DNA of 32,514 nucleotides from Caldilineae bacterium. Its GTDB lineage: Bacteria > Chloroflexota > Anaerolineae > DTLA01. Shown piece by piece: positions 1 to 9,216 of the stretch; the stretch's first letter is position 1; every line of letters begins with the position of its first letter. Position numbers and translations under genes: made by a program. The stretch is taken from NCBI GenBank assembly GCA_037446815.1, contig JBBIHX010000019.1, positions 1 through 32,514 of the forward strand, read 5' to 3'. The notes beneath the pieces were generated by a model. The model saw only the letters and a program-made list of their open reading frames with translations, searched no databases and had not been told where the DNA came from.

Positions 1-96
1 AAGCAATCCCTGGGGCGCGAGGTTGCTTCGCTTCGCTCGCAACGACACACGAGGAAAATGTCCATGCGTTTCACCAACACAAGACGAAACCAAGTC
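1..96 (+). mobile_element. Partial, diverged copy of the 150-bp MITE (cut by the window start)
   Basis: Aligns to 20222-20317 (aagcaatccctggggcg...cttcgcttcgctcgcaacgacacacgagga...ttcaccaacacaaga.gaaacc). Confidence 0.75.
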
Positions 97-111
97 TGAG
101 CCTGGGGCGAT

Positions 112-140
112 TTTGTCGGGCCGCGGGCTTGTGATATGAT
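112..140 (+). promoter_or_regulatory. Putative sigma70 promoter with extended -10 (TG-A-TATGAT), probably giving a leaderless transcript
   Basis: TG at 132-133, TATGAT at 135-140, ATG at 148 with no SD; weak -35 (TTTGTC/TTGTCG, about 112-118). Confidence 0.5.
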
Positions 141-147
141 ACACACT

Positions 148-3006
148 ATGCTTGCGCAGGCTCCGAGAGCCATCGCGAATCGGCTTCGCAGCGTACATGC
201 CTGGACGTGGGCCGTCGCACTGCTGACACTGGCAGGCGCGGCCCTTCGCGCATTCCGCCTGGGCTCCCACAGCCTGTGGTACGATGAGGGGTTCAGCGTG
301 TACCTGGCCTCCATGTCCCTGCGCGAGGCCACAGCCTGGACAGCCCGCGATGTCGCCCCGCCGCTGTACTACTACCTGCTGCACTTCTGGCAGGCCGCGT
401 TCGGCACGAGCGAGGCCGCCGTTCGGTCGCTCTCGGCGCTGGCCGGAACCCTCACCATCCCCTTCATGTACCTTGTGGGCAAGGCGCTGTTCGGTCGCCT
501 GTCGGGCTTTCTGGCCGCCGCGCTGGTGGCAGCATCCCCGCTGTACATCTGGTACTCGCAGGAGACGCGCACCTACGCCCTGCTCACGTTCCTCGGCCTG
601 GTAGCGGCGTGGTTCCTGCTCAAGGTGCTCACCGAGCACAGCGGGCGTCGGCGGCTGTACTGGGTGGGGTTGCTGTTCGCTGCGGCGGGCGCAAGCCTCT
701 CTCACATGACCGGCGCGCTCCTCGTGGCTTTTCTTGCCGTGGCCTTCCTGCTGGGCTGGATTGCCTGGGTTCGGCGCCCGGCGGTGCTGGCAGAGGGGCT
801 TGCGGTCGCCGCGGCATTCGCGCTCCTGCACGTCCCCTGGATTCTGCTCGCGGCGAAGAACCTGGGCCTGTATCGCGGCTACTGGCAAGGGACGCTGGGC
901 ATTGGCGGGGTCGTGCGGCGGGTCTTCTTATCTTACTGGACGGGTGAGACGCTGCTCAGCCGGACGGCGGAGGCGCTGCTGCCGGCGTTTGTCGCGGTGT
1001 CGGCGTTGACAGCGGCGGCGCTCCTTGTGGCCGCGCTTCGGCGCGCCGGCCCGCTGGGGGAATCGCCGCTGCCCCGTTGGTTCGCCCTGCTGTTCCCGAC
1101 GCTGTACACGGCGTTGCCCGTGGGACTGTTCATCGCGCTGTTTCTGAATCGGCCCAAGTTTGAGACGCGACACCTGCTGTTCGCGTCGCCGGGGTTTTTC
1201 CTCATCGTTGGGGCGGGGCTTGCCGTCCTCCTGGGTGGGCGGCAGTTCCGCGCACGTTGGACGCGGTGGGCAGCGCGGGGCTTGGGCGCCGTGGCGCTCG
1301 TGTTCGCGCTCGGCGTGTTCGCGTATGGGAACTACAACAACTACTTTGACCCGCGCTTCCAGCGGGACGATTTCCGCAACGTGGCGCGGTACATCAAAGA
1401 ACGCATCGGCCCCAACGAGACGGTCATCCTGTGCGCGGGGCACTTCTTCCCCGTCTTTCAGTACTATTTCGGCCCGGACAACTGGCACCCGCTTCCCAAC
1501 GATCCCATCCTGGATGTGGACAACGTGCTGACTTATCGTGTGGCCGACGACCTGAACCGCATCCTCGCGGGCAAGGACGGCGTTTGGGTCGTGTTCTGGC
1601 AAGACCACATCGCCGACCCCAACGGGTTCCTCACCATGATGCTCAACGAGGAAGGGATACGGCTTCCGTCCGGCCCCCAGTTCTGGGGCGTGCGGTACGC
1701 CCACTGGGCCTTGAATCCCGACGCGCACTTCTCCAGCGAGCCGCGGGTGCAACACCCCCAGCGCGTCAATTTCGGCAATCGCTTGGAGTTGCTGGGGTGG
1801 TCCGTGGGCGTGGCCGACTACCTGATCCTCTACTGGCAGGCGCTGCAACCGCTGGACCGGGGCTACGCGGTCTCGCTGCGATTGCTGGATGCCGACGGGG
1901 AGTTTTGGGGCGCGCTGGACCGTCGCCCCGCCGGGTACTACTTCCCCACGAGTCGCTGGCGGCCCGGCGAGCCGGTCTTCGGGAGCAACCTTGTGCCCGC
2001 CTTGCCAGGGACGCCACCCGGCGACTACTACCTGGAAGTGGTGGTGTACGACGAGGAGACGAAGGAAGGGCTTGACGTGCTGAACGAGAGCGGGGCGGCG
2101 CAGGGGCAATCGGCGCGCATCGGCCCGGTGCAGGTCCGCGCGCTGCAACCCGCGCAAGAGGCCGATCTCCCCGCCGAGCGCAGGCCGACGCCGCTGGGGG
2201 GGAATCTGAATCTCGTCGCCTGGCAGGTGGATCGGGAACAAGCGTCGCCCGGCGAGACGGTGTCGGTTGTGGGGTATTGGCAAGCCGCCGGCACTGTCCG
2301 GGCCGACTATGACGGCGTGCTCACGCTGGTGGGGAGCAACGGCATCGTCGTGGCGGAGAAGGCTATGCCGCTGGGCACGCCCCAGTATCCCACATCTGCC
2401 TGGGCCGCCAGTAGCCCGGTTCGGTGGGTGGCAAGGCTGGCCATTCCGGCGGCGGCCTCGCCGGGCGCGTATACGCTGAAGGTGCGGCTGCGCGACCGTG
2501 CGGACGGCAGGGCGGTCGGCGACGCGGCCACCATCGGCGAGATACGGGTCAGCGGCCCGCCGCGGGTGTTCACGCCGCCTGAGGTGGGGCTGACCGTGGG
2601 AGCACGGTTTGACGTCTACGCGGAACTGTACGGCGCGAACGTGGAGCCGACAGCCGTCGCCGCGGGCGAGCCGATTCGGGTTACACTGTTCTGGCACGCC
2701 GCGGAAGAGATGCCCAAGTCGTACACCGTGTTCGTGCACCTGATTGACGCCGAGAACCGAATCTGGGCGCAGCAGGACAGCATCCCGCAGGGCGGCGCGA
2801 GGCCGACAACCGGCTGGCTCCCCGGCGAGTACATCGCCGACACATACACGCTGCAGGTGAAGCCGGATACGCCGCCTGGGGAGTACTGGATAGAAGTGGG
2901 GCTGTACGACGCCGGCGATCCGACCTTCCCGCGGCTGCGCGTGTTGGGGGCCGAAGGACAACCGACGGGCGACAGGGTCTTGTTGGCAAAGATTGCGATA
3001 CGGTGA
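148..3006 (+). CDS. GT-C (GT39/PMT_2-like) membrane glycosyltransferase with about three C-terminal Ig-like repeats
   Basis: N-terminal SLWYDE, PPLYYYLL and YSQETRTY motifs, many TM helices, C-terminal repeats of L.YW...Y.V..HL.D...PT..W..GE...PPG.Y...VG.YD. The ORF track starts at 136; 148 is preferred because of the promoter position. Confidence 0.85.
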   Translation: MLAQAPRAIANRLRSVHAWTWAVALLTLAGAALRAFRLGSHSLWYDEGFSVYLASMSLREATAWTARDVAPPLYYYLLHFWQAAFGTSEAAVRSLSALAGTLTIPFMYLVGKALFGRLSGFLAAALVAASPLYIWYSQETRTYALLTFLGLVAAWFLLKVLTEHSGRRRLYWVGLLFAAAGASLSHMTGALLVAFLAVAFLLGWIAWVRRPAVLAEGLAVAAAFALLHVPWILLAAKNLGLYRGYWQGTLGIGGVVRRVFLSYWTGETLLSRTAEALLPAFVAVSALTAAALLVAALRRAGPLGESPLPRWFALLFPTLYTALPVGLFIALFLNRPKFETRHLLFASPGFFLIVGAGLAVLLGGRQFRARWTRWAARGLGAVALVFALGVFAYGNYNNYFDPRFQRDDFRNVARYIKERIGPNETVILCAGHFFPVFQYYFGPDNWHPLPNDPILDVDNVLTYRVADDLNRILAGKDGVWVVFWQDHIADPNGFLTMMLNEEGIRLPSGPQFWGVRYAHWALNPDAHFSSEPRVQHPQRVNFGNRLELLGWSVGVADYLILYWQALQPLDRGYAVSLRLLDADGEFWGALDRRPAGYYFPTSRWRPGEPVFGSNLVPALPGTPPGDYYLEVVVYDEETKEGLDVLNESGAAQGQSARIGPVQVRALQPAQEADLPAERRPTPLGGNLNLVAWQVDREQASPGETVSVVGYWQAAGTVRADYDGVLTLVGSNGIVVAEKAMPLGTPQYPTSAWAASSPVRWVARLAIPAAASPGAYTLKVRLRDRADGRAVGDAATIGEIRVSGPPRVFTPPEVGLTVGARFDVYAELYGANVEPTAVAAGEPIRVTLFWHAAEEMPKSYTVFVHLIDAENRIWAQQDSIPQGGARPTTGWLPGEYIADTYTLQVKPDTPPGEYWIEVGLYDAGDPTFPRLRVLGAEGQPTGDRVLLAKIAIR

Positions 3007-3111
3007 TAAAATAGGACACTCTAGGGGGCTCTGGGAGGCCACAGGCGCGCTGTCGGCGCGGGCAATGGGACGGCGTCGCCATCCGCCGAAATCCAACTAC
3101 GTGAGGGGGCC

Positions 3112-4419
3112 TTGAAAGAGTACGCTGCACCAAGACGCCTGCTGGCGAATGCCTGCGTGAGGGGGCTTTGCCTCTCGCAGTTTACGGCGCTGGTGGGAAA
3201 CTTTGCACTGTACTTCGCGTCCATGGCGCTGGTGGAAGAGATCACGCACTCCAGTACCCAAGTGGGCCTGATGATCTTCTCCAGCACGCTGCCCGGGTTC
3301 CTCTTCGGGCTCATCGCGGGGCCGTATGTAGACCGCCACGACCGCATCGCCGTCATCAAGTGGGGCTGCATCCTGCGAGTGCCCATCGGCATCGGGTTCG
3401 CCCTAGCCATGTACTTCGCGCCGCACACATCGTCGCTGCTGTGGGTTGTCTACATTTGCAACTTCCTGCTGTCGGCGCTGGCCCAGTTTGTGATCTCGGC
3501 GGAGGCTTCGGCCATCCCACGCTACGTAACGTCCGAGCAGTTGATGGGCGCCAACTCGCTGTTCAACCTGTCGTCGGTGGTCTCGCAGGGCATGGGCGTC
3601 ATCCTCATCGCGCCGATTCTGCTGAAACTGGGCGGCGCGTGGCTCGTGGGCGTCGTGAGCACTGCCTTGTACGTCGCGTCGTGGTTGGCCATCGTGGGCC
3701 TGCCGCGCGGCGGTTCGGAGGTTGACCCGACCAAGCCGACCGTGAAGAACGGCTTCCTGTCCGCGCTGGTGGACTTGAAGCAGGGATGGGCCTACATCGC
3801 CAGCGACCGATTCGTGTGGCTGGCTGTTATCCAGATGGTGCTGGCGGCGACGGCGGTGTTGGCGGTCTCCACATTGGCGCCGGGCTTCGCCAACCGCATC
3901 CTCGGCAAGCATGTGGCGGACGTGGCCTATGCGGCGCTGCCCGCGGGGCTGGGCTTCGTGAGCGGCCTGATGTTCATCTCCAGCCGCCACGGGCTTCGCC
4001 TGTCGCGGCAGGCGTGGTCCGCGCTGGGGTTGACCCTCTTCGGCGGGGGGCTGCTGGGCTTCTCGCTGCTCACCATGCTGAAAGGGCTGCACCTGCTGGG
4101 CCTGGCGTTCACGGTGGCCCTCGCGGGCTTCGGCTTCGCGCTGACCATGATTCCCGCTCGCACCATCTTGCAGGAGCGGCCGGCTCCCTACATGCGGGGG
4201 CGGGTCATCTCCACGCAGATCGTGCTGGCGAACGCCGCCTCCACGCTGCCAATGCCGGCGACGGGGGGTCTGGCCGACCTGTGGGGCATCCAGCAGGTCT
4301 TGCTGACCATCGCCGCAATCGTCTTGGGCATGGCCGGTCTGAGCGCGTACATGGTACGCAGGGAACGGGCCAGAGCGGCGGTGGCGGCAGCATCCGCCAA
4401 GGTTGAGGAGGTATCTTGA
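3112..4419 (+). CDS. MFS transporter (DHA3/macrolide-efflux-like)
   Basis: About 12 hydrophobic segments, motif A-like GPYVDRHDR, C-terminal MRGRV and GGLADLWG; TTG start after GAGGGGG. Confidence 0.85.
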   Translation: MKEYAAPRRLLANACVRGLCLSQFTALVGNFALYFASMALVEEITHSSTQVGLMIFSSTLPGFLFGLIAGPYVDRHDRIAVIKWGCILRVPIGIGFALAMYFAPHTSSLLWVVYICNFLLSALAQFVISAEASAIPRYVTSEQLMGANSLFNLSSVVSQGMGVILIAPILLKLGGAWLVGVVSTALYVASWLAIVGLPRGGSEVDPTKPTVKNGFLSALVDLKQGWAYIASDRFVWLAVIQMVLAATAVLAVSTLAPGFANRILGKHVADVAYAALPAGLGFVSGLMFISSRHGLRLSRQAWSALGLTLFGGGLLGFSLLTMLKGLHLLGLAFTVALAGFGFALTMIPARTILQERPAPYMRGRVISTQIVLANAASTLPMPATGGLADLWGIQQVLLTIAAIVLGMAGLSAYMVRRERARAAVAAASAKVEEVS

Positions 4420-5618
4420 GGAAGGCAATCGCTCTGCAGTTTCTGGCAGGCGCACTGCTGGCTACGGCCGTAGTGCTCCTGAGCGGCTGCGGGTCGCGCC
4501 CCATCCTGTCCGATGTGGACGTCAGCCCCAGTCTTATCTCGCCGAACGCTGACGGCGTGGCCGACGTAACGCGCATCTCCTACCGGCTCACGGCAAGCGC
4601 CGACCTGTCCATCTACCTGCTGGACGCCCAGGGCGCGAAGCACTACTTCCGCAAAGACCAGCGGCGCTCGGCGGGGCGGTACGGCGTGGACTTTGGCGGC
4701 GTTGTGGATGGCCGCATGCTTCCCGATGGCGATTACGAACTGGTCGTTGAGGCGGTGGACGCCCAGGGGCAGACCCACCGCGTCAGCCGCCCGCTGTCCC
4801 TGCGCGACGCGGATACCGTCCTGCCCGAATTGCTCAACTTCAGCGTGTATCCGCAGCGGTTCACGCCGAATCAGGACGGGTACGATGACCGCGTCAAGGT
4901 GTCCTACTACCTGACGAAGCCCGCCGACGTGCGCGTGTTCCTGGTGGACAAGGATGGGAATCGGTTCCCGCTGGCCGAGCAGGAGGGCGTGGTCAAGCCC
5001 GGCGAGGTGGGCACGCACATCTACGACTACGCGGGAGGGGTGGACGAAGGCGCGACACCCCCGCCCGACGGTCTCTACGAGGTCCGGGCCGAGGCCCGCG
5101 ACAAGGTCGGCAATTTCACCGTGGTTACCAGCACGCTGGAGATCGCCGAAGGTGGGGTTCCTCGCGTGGACATCGTCCAGGCGGCGGTGGAATTCTACCC
5201 CAAGGTCGTGCCCATCGGCCAAATCCTCGCCTTCACCCTGACGGTGGAGAACATCGGCTCGGTGCCGGTGCGGACCACAGGGCCCGCGCCCGGAACGCTA
5301 TATACCAGCAGCCAGAACTTCAACACACTGGGCTACGCGGAGTCGCCCGGGGCGTGGCGCGTGGGCATTGACTTTGAGGGCAACAGCAGCGGGCGGCCCT
5401 ATCCATACCGCTGGGCGCTGGCCCCCGACAACGAACTCACCGTCATCGGCGAGGGGAAGTACCTGATGCCCGGCCAGCGCGCCACAGTTACGGGCTTCAT
5501 CCGCATCACCGACAAGCCGCCCAGGAACTCGCCGCACTTCTGGGCCGGACTGATTCACGAGGACGTGCAGATTCTGCTGGACCACGTGGACCCGCAGGCG
5601 ATTGAGATTGCGTACTAG
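4416..5618 (+). CDS. Lipoprotein with two FlgD-like Ig domains and a C-terminal beta domain
   Basis: Signal peptide ending LSGC; repeated ISPNADG/FTPNQDG...PDG.Y units; 4-bp overlap with the MFS stop. Confidence 0.7.
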   Translation: MRKAIALQFLAGALLATAVVLLSGCGSRPILSDVDVSPSLISPNADGVADVTRISYRLTASADLSIYLLDAQGAKHYFRKDQRRSAGRYGVDFGGVVDGRMLPDGDYELVVEAVDAQGQTHRVSRPLSLRDADTVLPELLNFSVYPQRFTPNQDGYDDRVKVSYYLTKPADVRVFLVDKDGNRFPLAEQEGVVKPGEVGTHIYDYAGGVDEGATPPPDGLYEVRAEARDKVGNFTVVTSTLEIAEGGVPRVDIVQAAVEFYPKVVPIGQILAFTLTVENIGSVPVRTTGPAPGTLYTSSQNFNTLGYAESPGAWRVGIDFEGNSSGRPYPYRWALAPDNELTVIGEGKYLMPGQRATVTGFIRITDKPPRNSPHFWAGLIHEDVQILLDHVDPQAIEIAY

Positions 5619-5714
5619 CCGTCAGCAATCAGCGGTCAGCGGTCGGCAGCTGGCGCCAGCAATTCGCAAGTTGCCATGCCTTTCGCTGATGGCTGACGGC
5701 TGATGGCTGACCGC
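5618..5714. repeat. Inverted heptamer tandem repeats forming a long hairpin
   Basis: Left arm gccgtca-gcaatca-gcggtca-gcggtcg; right arm gctgatg-gctgacg-gctgatg-gctgacc. Confidence 0.7.
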
Positions 5715-5737
5715 CAATGCCTGAAGGCTGGGGGGCG

Positions 5738-6624
5738 ATGAATGACCTCTCCATCATTGTTGTCAGTTACAACTCCCGCGAGTTGACACGGGCGTGCCTG
5801 CGCTCGGCGTTTGCGGGCCTGGAGCGATCCGCCTTGCGCGGCGAGGTCTGGGTCGTGGACAACGCCTCGGCGGACGGCAGCGCCGACATGGTGCGGGCGC
5901 AGTTCCCCCAGGCGCGCCTCATCGCCAACCCGGAGAATCGCGGGTTCGCCGCCGCCAACAATCAGGCCATCGCCCGATCCGACGCGCGGCACGTGCTGCT
6001 GCTCAATTCCGACGCCGAGGTGCGCGGCGACGCCCTGGGCGCCCTGGTGCGCACGCTGGACGGGAGGCCCAACGTCGGCGCGGTGGGCGCGCGGCTGGTC
6101 TATCCCGACGGCTCGTTCCAGCATTCTGCCTTCCGCTTCCCCGGCTTCGCGCAGATTCTGCTGGACTTCCTCCCGCTCCACCATCGTCTGCTGGACTCGC
6201 GGCTCAACGGCCGCTACCCGCGCCGCCTGTACGCGGGCACGGAGCCGTTCCCCGTGGATCACCCACTGGGCGCGGCGCTGATGGTGCGCGCGGAAACCAT
6301 CCGCCAGGTGGGGCCGCTGGACGACGGGTTCTTCATGTACTGCGAGGAGATTGACTGGTGCTGGCGGATGCGCAAGGCGGGGTGGCAGATTCTGTGCGTG
6401 CCGACGGCCGAGGTGATGCACCACGGCGCGGGGACGACGCGCAAGTTCCGCGAGGAGATGTTCGTGGCGCTGTGGCGGAGCCGCTTCCGCCTGTACGAGA
6501 AGCATCGCGGCCCGCGCTACGCCGCGTGGGTGCGGCGGTGGGTGCGGCTGCTCATGGCGGCCGACGGGGCGCGCATCAAGCGGCGGCTGGCGCGGGGCCA
6601 GATCGCGCCCGACGAGGCGCGGGC
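5738..6624 (+). CDS. GT2 family glycosyltransferase (WbbL/rhamnosyltransferase-like); 3' end lost in the gap
   Basis: SIIVVSYN, VVDNASADGS, NRGFAAANN, LLLNSD and FFMYCEEIDWC motifs. Confidence 0.88.
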
Positions 6625-6724
6625 NNNNNNNNNNNNNNNNNNNNNNNNNNNNNNNNNNNNNNNNNNNNNNNNNNNNNNNNNNNNNNNNNNNNNNNNNNNN
6701 NNNNNNNNNNNNNNNNNNNNNNNN
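6625..6724. other. Scaffold gap (100 N)
   Basis: Run of N. Confidence 1.
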
Positions 6725-6736
6725 TACGTTTGGCGA

Positions 6737-7489
6737 ATGGATAACGTGAAGATCGCAGCGGTCGTACTGACGAAGAACGAGGCGCGGCACATTGCCGACT
6801 GCCTGGCCACGCTGGACTGGGCAGACGAGCGCGTCGTCTTTGACTCGTTCAGCGACGACGCCACGGTGTCCATCGCCCACGCGTCCGGCGCACGGGTGAT
6901 TCAGCACGCCTTCAAGGGCTACGCCTCGCAGCGCAACGCCGCGCTGGAGCAGGTGGACGCCGACTGGATCTTCTTTGTGGACGCCGACGAGCGCGCCACG
7001 CCGGAACTGGGCGCCGAAATCCGCGAGGTCATGCGCCGCCCGGAGGTGGGCTGGTGGGTGCCCCGCCGCAACATCATCTGGGGCAAGCACATCCGCCACA
7101 CGGGTTGGTCGCCCGACTACCAGATGCGCCTGCTGAAGCGCGGGTTCGCGCGATACGACCCCGCCCGCGAGGTGCACGAGGTGGGCTTGCTGGACGGCGC
7201 GGAGGGCTACCTGCGCAACCCGCTCACCCACTACAACTACGACACCATGCGTCAGTTCGTGCAGAAGCAGGGCCGCTACACCGAGTACGAGGCCCGCATC
7301 CTGCTGGAATCGGGCGTCGTGCCCCGCGCTCGCGGACTCATCGGCCAGCCCCTGCGCGAGTTCTACCGGCGTTTCGTGGCGCTCCAGGGCTACAAGGACG
7401 GCCCCCACGGCCTCCTGCTCAGCGCCCTGATGGCCTACTACGCCTTCCGTCGCGTGCAGATGGCGCGGAGGATTGCCCGTGGGCGGTAG
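6737..7489 (+). CDS. GT2 family glycosyltransferase (beta-1,4-glucosyltransferase/WaaE-like)
   Basis: VVLTKNEA, DSFSDDAT, QRNAAL, WIFFVDADE, PDYQMRL and VHE motifs. Confidence 0.88.
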   Translation: MDNVKIAAVVLTKNEARHIADCLATLDWADERVVFDSFSDDATVSIAHASGARVIQHAFKGYASQRNAALEQVDADWIFFVDADERATPELGAEIREVMRRPEVGWWVPRRNIIWGKHIRHTGWSPDYQMRLLKRGFARYDPAREVHEVGLLDGAEGYLRNPLTHYNYDTMRQFVQKQGRYTEYEARILLESGVVPRARGLIGQPLREFYRRFVALQGYKDGPHGLLLSALMAYYAFRRVQMARRIARGR

Positions 7490-8789
7490 ATTGCGGCGTA
7501 TTTGGCGGGCCGTCAACAAGTTCTTCCAGGCGGCAGCGACCGCGCTGTTCCTGTTCCTCTTGCTCGTCGGCCTTCGCTCGGATGCATACCCACACGACAA
7601 GGTGCTGGAGCAGCGGCTGGAGGTCCTCACGGCGGGCCAACGGTTCAGCGTCGCGGCATGGGAGGTCAAGGCGCTCACCGACAAAGCCCTGCAACTCATC
7701 CGCGGGTCGCGCCTTGACGAGGGCGACACGGCGCTGGTGCGGGAGTTCTTTGACGTGGCGGGGCGCATCGGGAGCCTGCGGGCGGAGGCCGAGCGCCTCG
7801 CGGCGCAGAAATTCCACATGTCGGCGCGGGCGGCAGAAATCCAGGCGGAGTTGAAGACGCTGTACGCCAGGCGCGACGCCCTGGAAGACGACGCGGAGGA
7901 CATCCTGGCGCTACAGGTAACGCGGGCGCTGCGCGAGAACCGCCTGCACACGCGCATCCTGGGGTGGGATGTCATCTGGCCGCCGGTTACGAGCGAATTC
8001 GTGGACTTGCCGCTCCTTCTTGTGGTATCGCCCAGGGAGCGGATTGAGCGCCGCGTGGACTACCTCCTCGTCCCCGACCTCACTGTGGCCGAGATGGAGG
8101 AGATTGAGGACGCGGTTCAGCGAATGGGCTATTCGGGGCTCGTTACCCACATCGGCGGGCTGGCGACGTATCCTGCCATGATCCCCGAAATCTACGGCCT
8201 GGGGTTCGTCCTAGACACGATGCCCCACGAGTGGGTGCACGACTTTCTCGCCTTCTACCCGCTGGGCTGGGCCTATGGCACGTCGGGCCCGCTCACCACG
8301 ATGAACGAGACGGTGGCCGACATCGTGGGCGAGGAAATCGGGCAACACCTGGCGCGGCGCTACTATCCCGAATACGTGCGAAAGCCCCAGCCCTCGCCGA
8401 CCCCCCCGCCGCAGCCGTCGGAGCCGCCGCCCTTCAGTTTCGGCGCGTTCATGCGTGAGACGCGGCTCCGCGTGGACGACCTGCTGGCGCAGGGGCGCGT
8501 GGACGAGGCCGAGGCGTACATGGAACAGCGGCGGCTGGAACTCCAGGAGCACGGATACTATATCCGCAAGTTGAACCAGGCGTATTTCGCCTTCCACGGG
8601 TCCTACGCCACAGGGCCGGGGGCGGTGGATCCCATCGGGCCGCAATTGCAGAAACTGCGCCAGGCGTCGGCGTCGCTGCGGGACTTCCTGTTCACGGTGG
8701 CGCGCATGGATTCCTACGACGACCTGGTGCGCCTGGTGGGGACGCCGGAGCCCACGCCGACTCCCGTCCCCGCGACTCCGAGCCCGTAG
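7473..8789 (+). CDS. Membrane-anchored putative zinc metallopeptidase (gluzincin-like)
   Basis: N-terminal TM, HEWVH followed by NETVA (candidate third ligand E), Pro/Thr-rich linker and tail. Confidence 0.6.
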   Translation: MPVGGRLRRIWRAVNKFFQAAATALFLFLLLVGLRSDAYPHDKVLEQRLEVLTAGQRFSVAAWEVKALTDKALQLIRGSRLDEGDTALVREFFDVAGRIGSLRAEAERLAAQKFHMSARAAEIQAELKTLYARRDALEDDAEDILALQVTRALRENRLHTRILGWDVIWPPVTSEFVDLPLLLVVSPRERIERRVDYLLVPDLTVAEMEEIEDAVQRMGYSGLVTHIGGLATYPAMIPEIYGLGFVLDTMPHEWVHDFLAFYPLGWAYGTSGPLTTMNETVADIVGEEIGQHLARRYYPEYVRKPQPSPTPPPQPSEPPPFSFGAFMRETRLRVDDLLAQGRVDEAEAYMEQRRLELQEHGYYIRKLNQAYFAFHGSYATGPGAVDPIGPQLQKLRQASASLRDFLFTVARMDSYDDLVRLVGTPEPTPTPVPATPSP

Positions 8790-8848
8790 GCGCGAACCCC
8801 GTGATCGCCCAGGAGCCCGCGTACCGGCCCCGGCACTACAACCCCATC

Positions 8849-8946
8849 TGTCATTCTCTGAGGCGCGAAGCGCCGAAGAATCTCGTTCCGGAACAACGCG
8901 GGGTTGTGCAACGCCGGGGATTCTTCGCTCCGCTCTCAAGATGACA
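8849..8946. repeat. REP-like palindrome (TGTCATTC...GAAGAATCT / GATTCTTCG...ATGACA) between convergent genes
   Basis: Inverted arms are visible; related to 20195-20268 and 29202-29298. Confidence 0.75.
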
Positions 8947-8967
8947 ACGCGCAACTGCGGTTGTAGT

Positions 8968-9216
8968 CTAGCGCGGGCCTTCGTCAAAGGGCGCGAATGC
9001 AACCTCCCCGTCGGGCGACTGCGTGAGTTGGCGGAGTTTCAGTTCGGCCTTGTCCAGCAGGTTCTGGCAATGGCGGACGAGGAGGCTGCCGCGCTCAAAC
9101 AGGCGCAATGCCTCCTCCAGCGGCAGGTTGCCCGCCTCCATCTGCTCCACAAGCGCCTCCAGTTCCTGGAACGCCTCCTCAAAGGACAAAGCCTCAATCT
9201 CTGCGTTCGGACTCAT
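8968..9216 (-). CDS. xseB: Exodeoxyribonuclease VII small subunit
   Basis: LSFEEAFQELEALVEQMEAGNLPLEEALRLFERG; ATG at 9216 overlaps the xseA stop. Confidence 0.95.
   Translation of the reverse strand: MSPNAEIEALSFEEAFQELEALVEQMEAGNLPLEEALRLFERGSLLVRHCQNLLDKAELKLRQLTQSPDGEVAFAPFDEGPR

Noticed and set aside
3010..3030. AATAGGA...TAGG resembling the pilin operator
   Set aside because: Spacing and right half-site differ, and there is no adjacent promoter in the same geometry.
5717..7489. 590-aa fused double GT2 ORF
   Set aside because: It is joined only through an arbitrary 100-N gap. Each half is a near-complete GT2 and the second has its own ATG at 6737.
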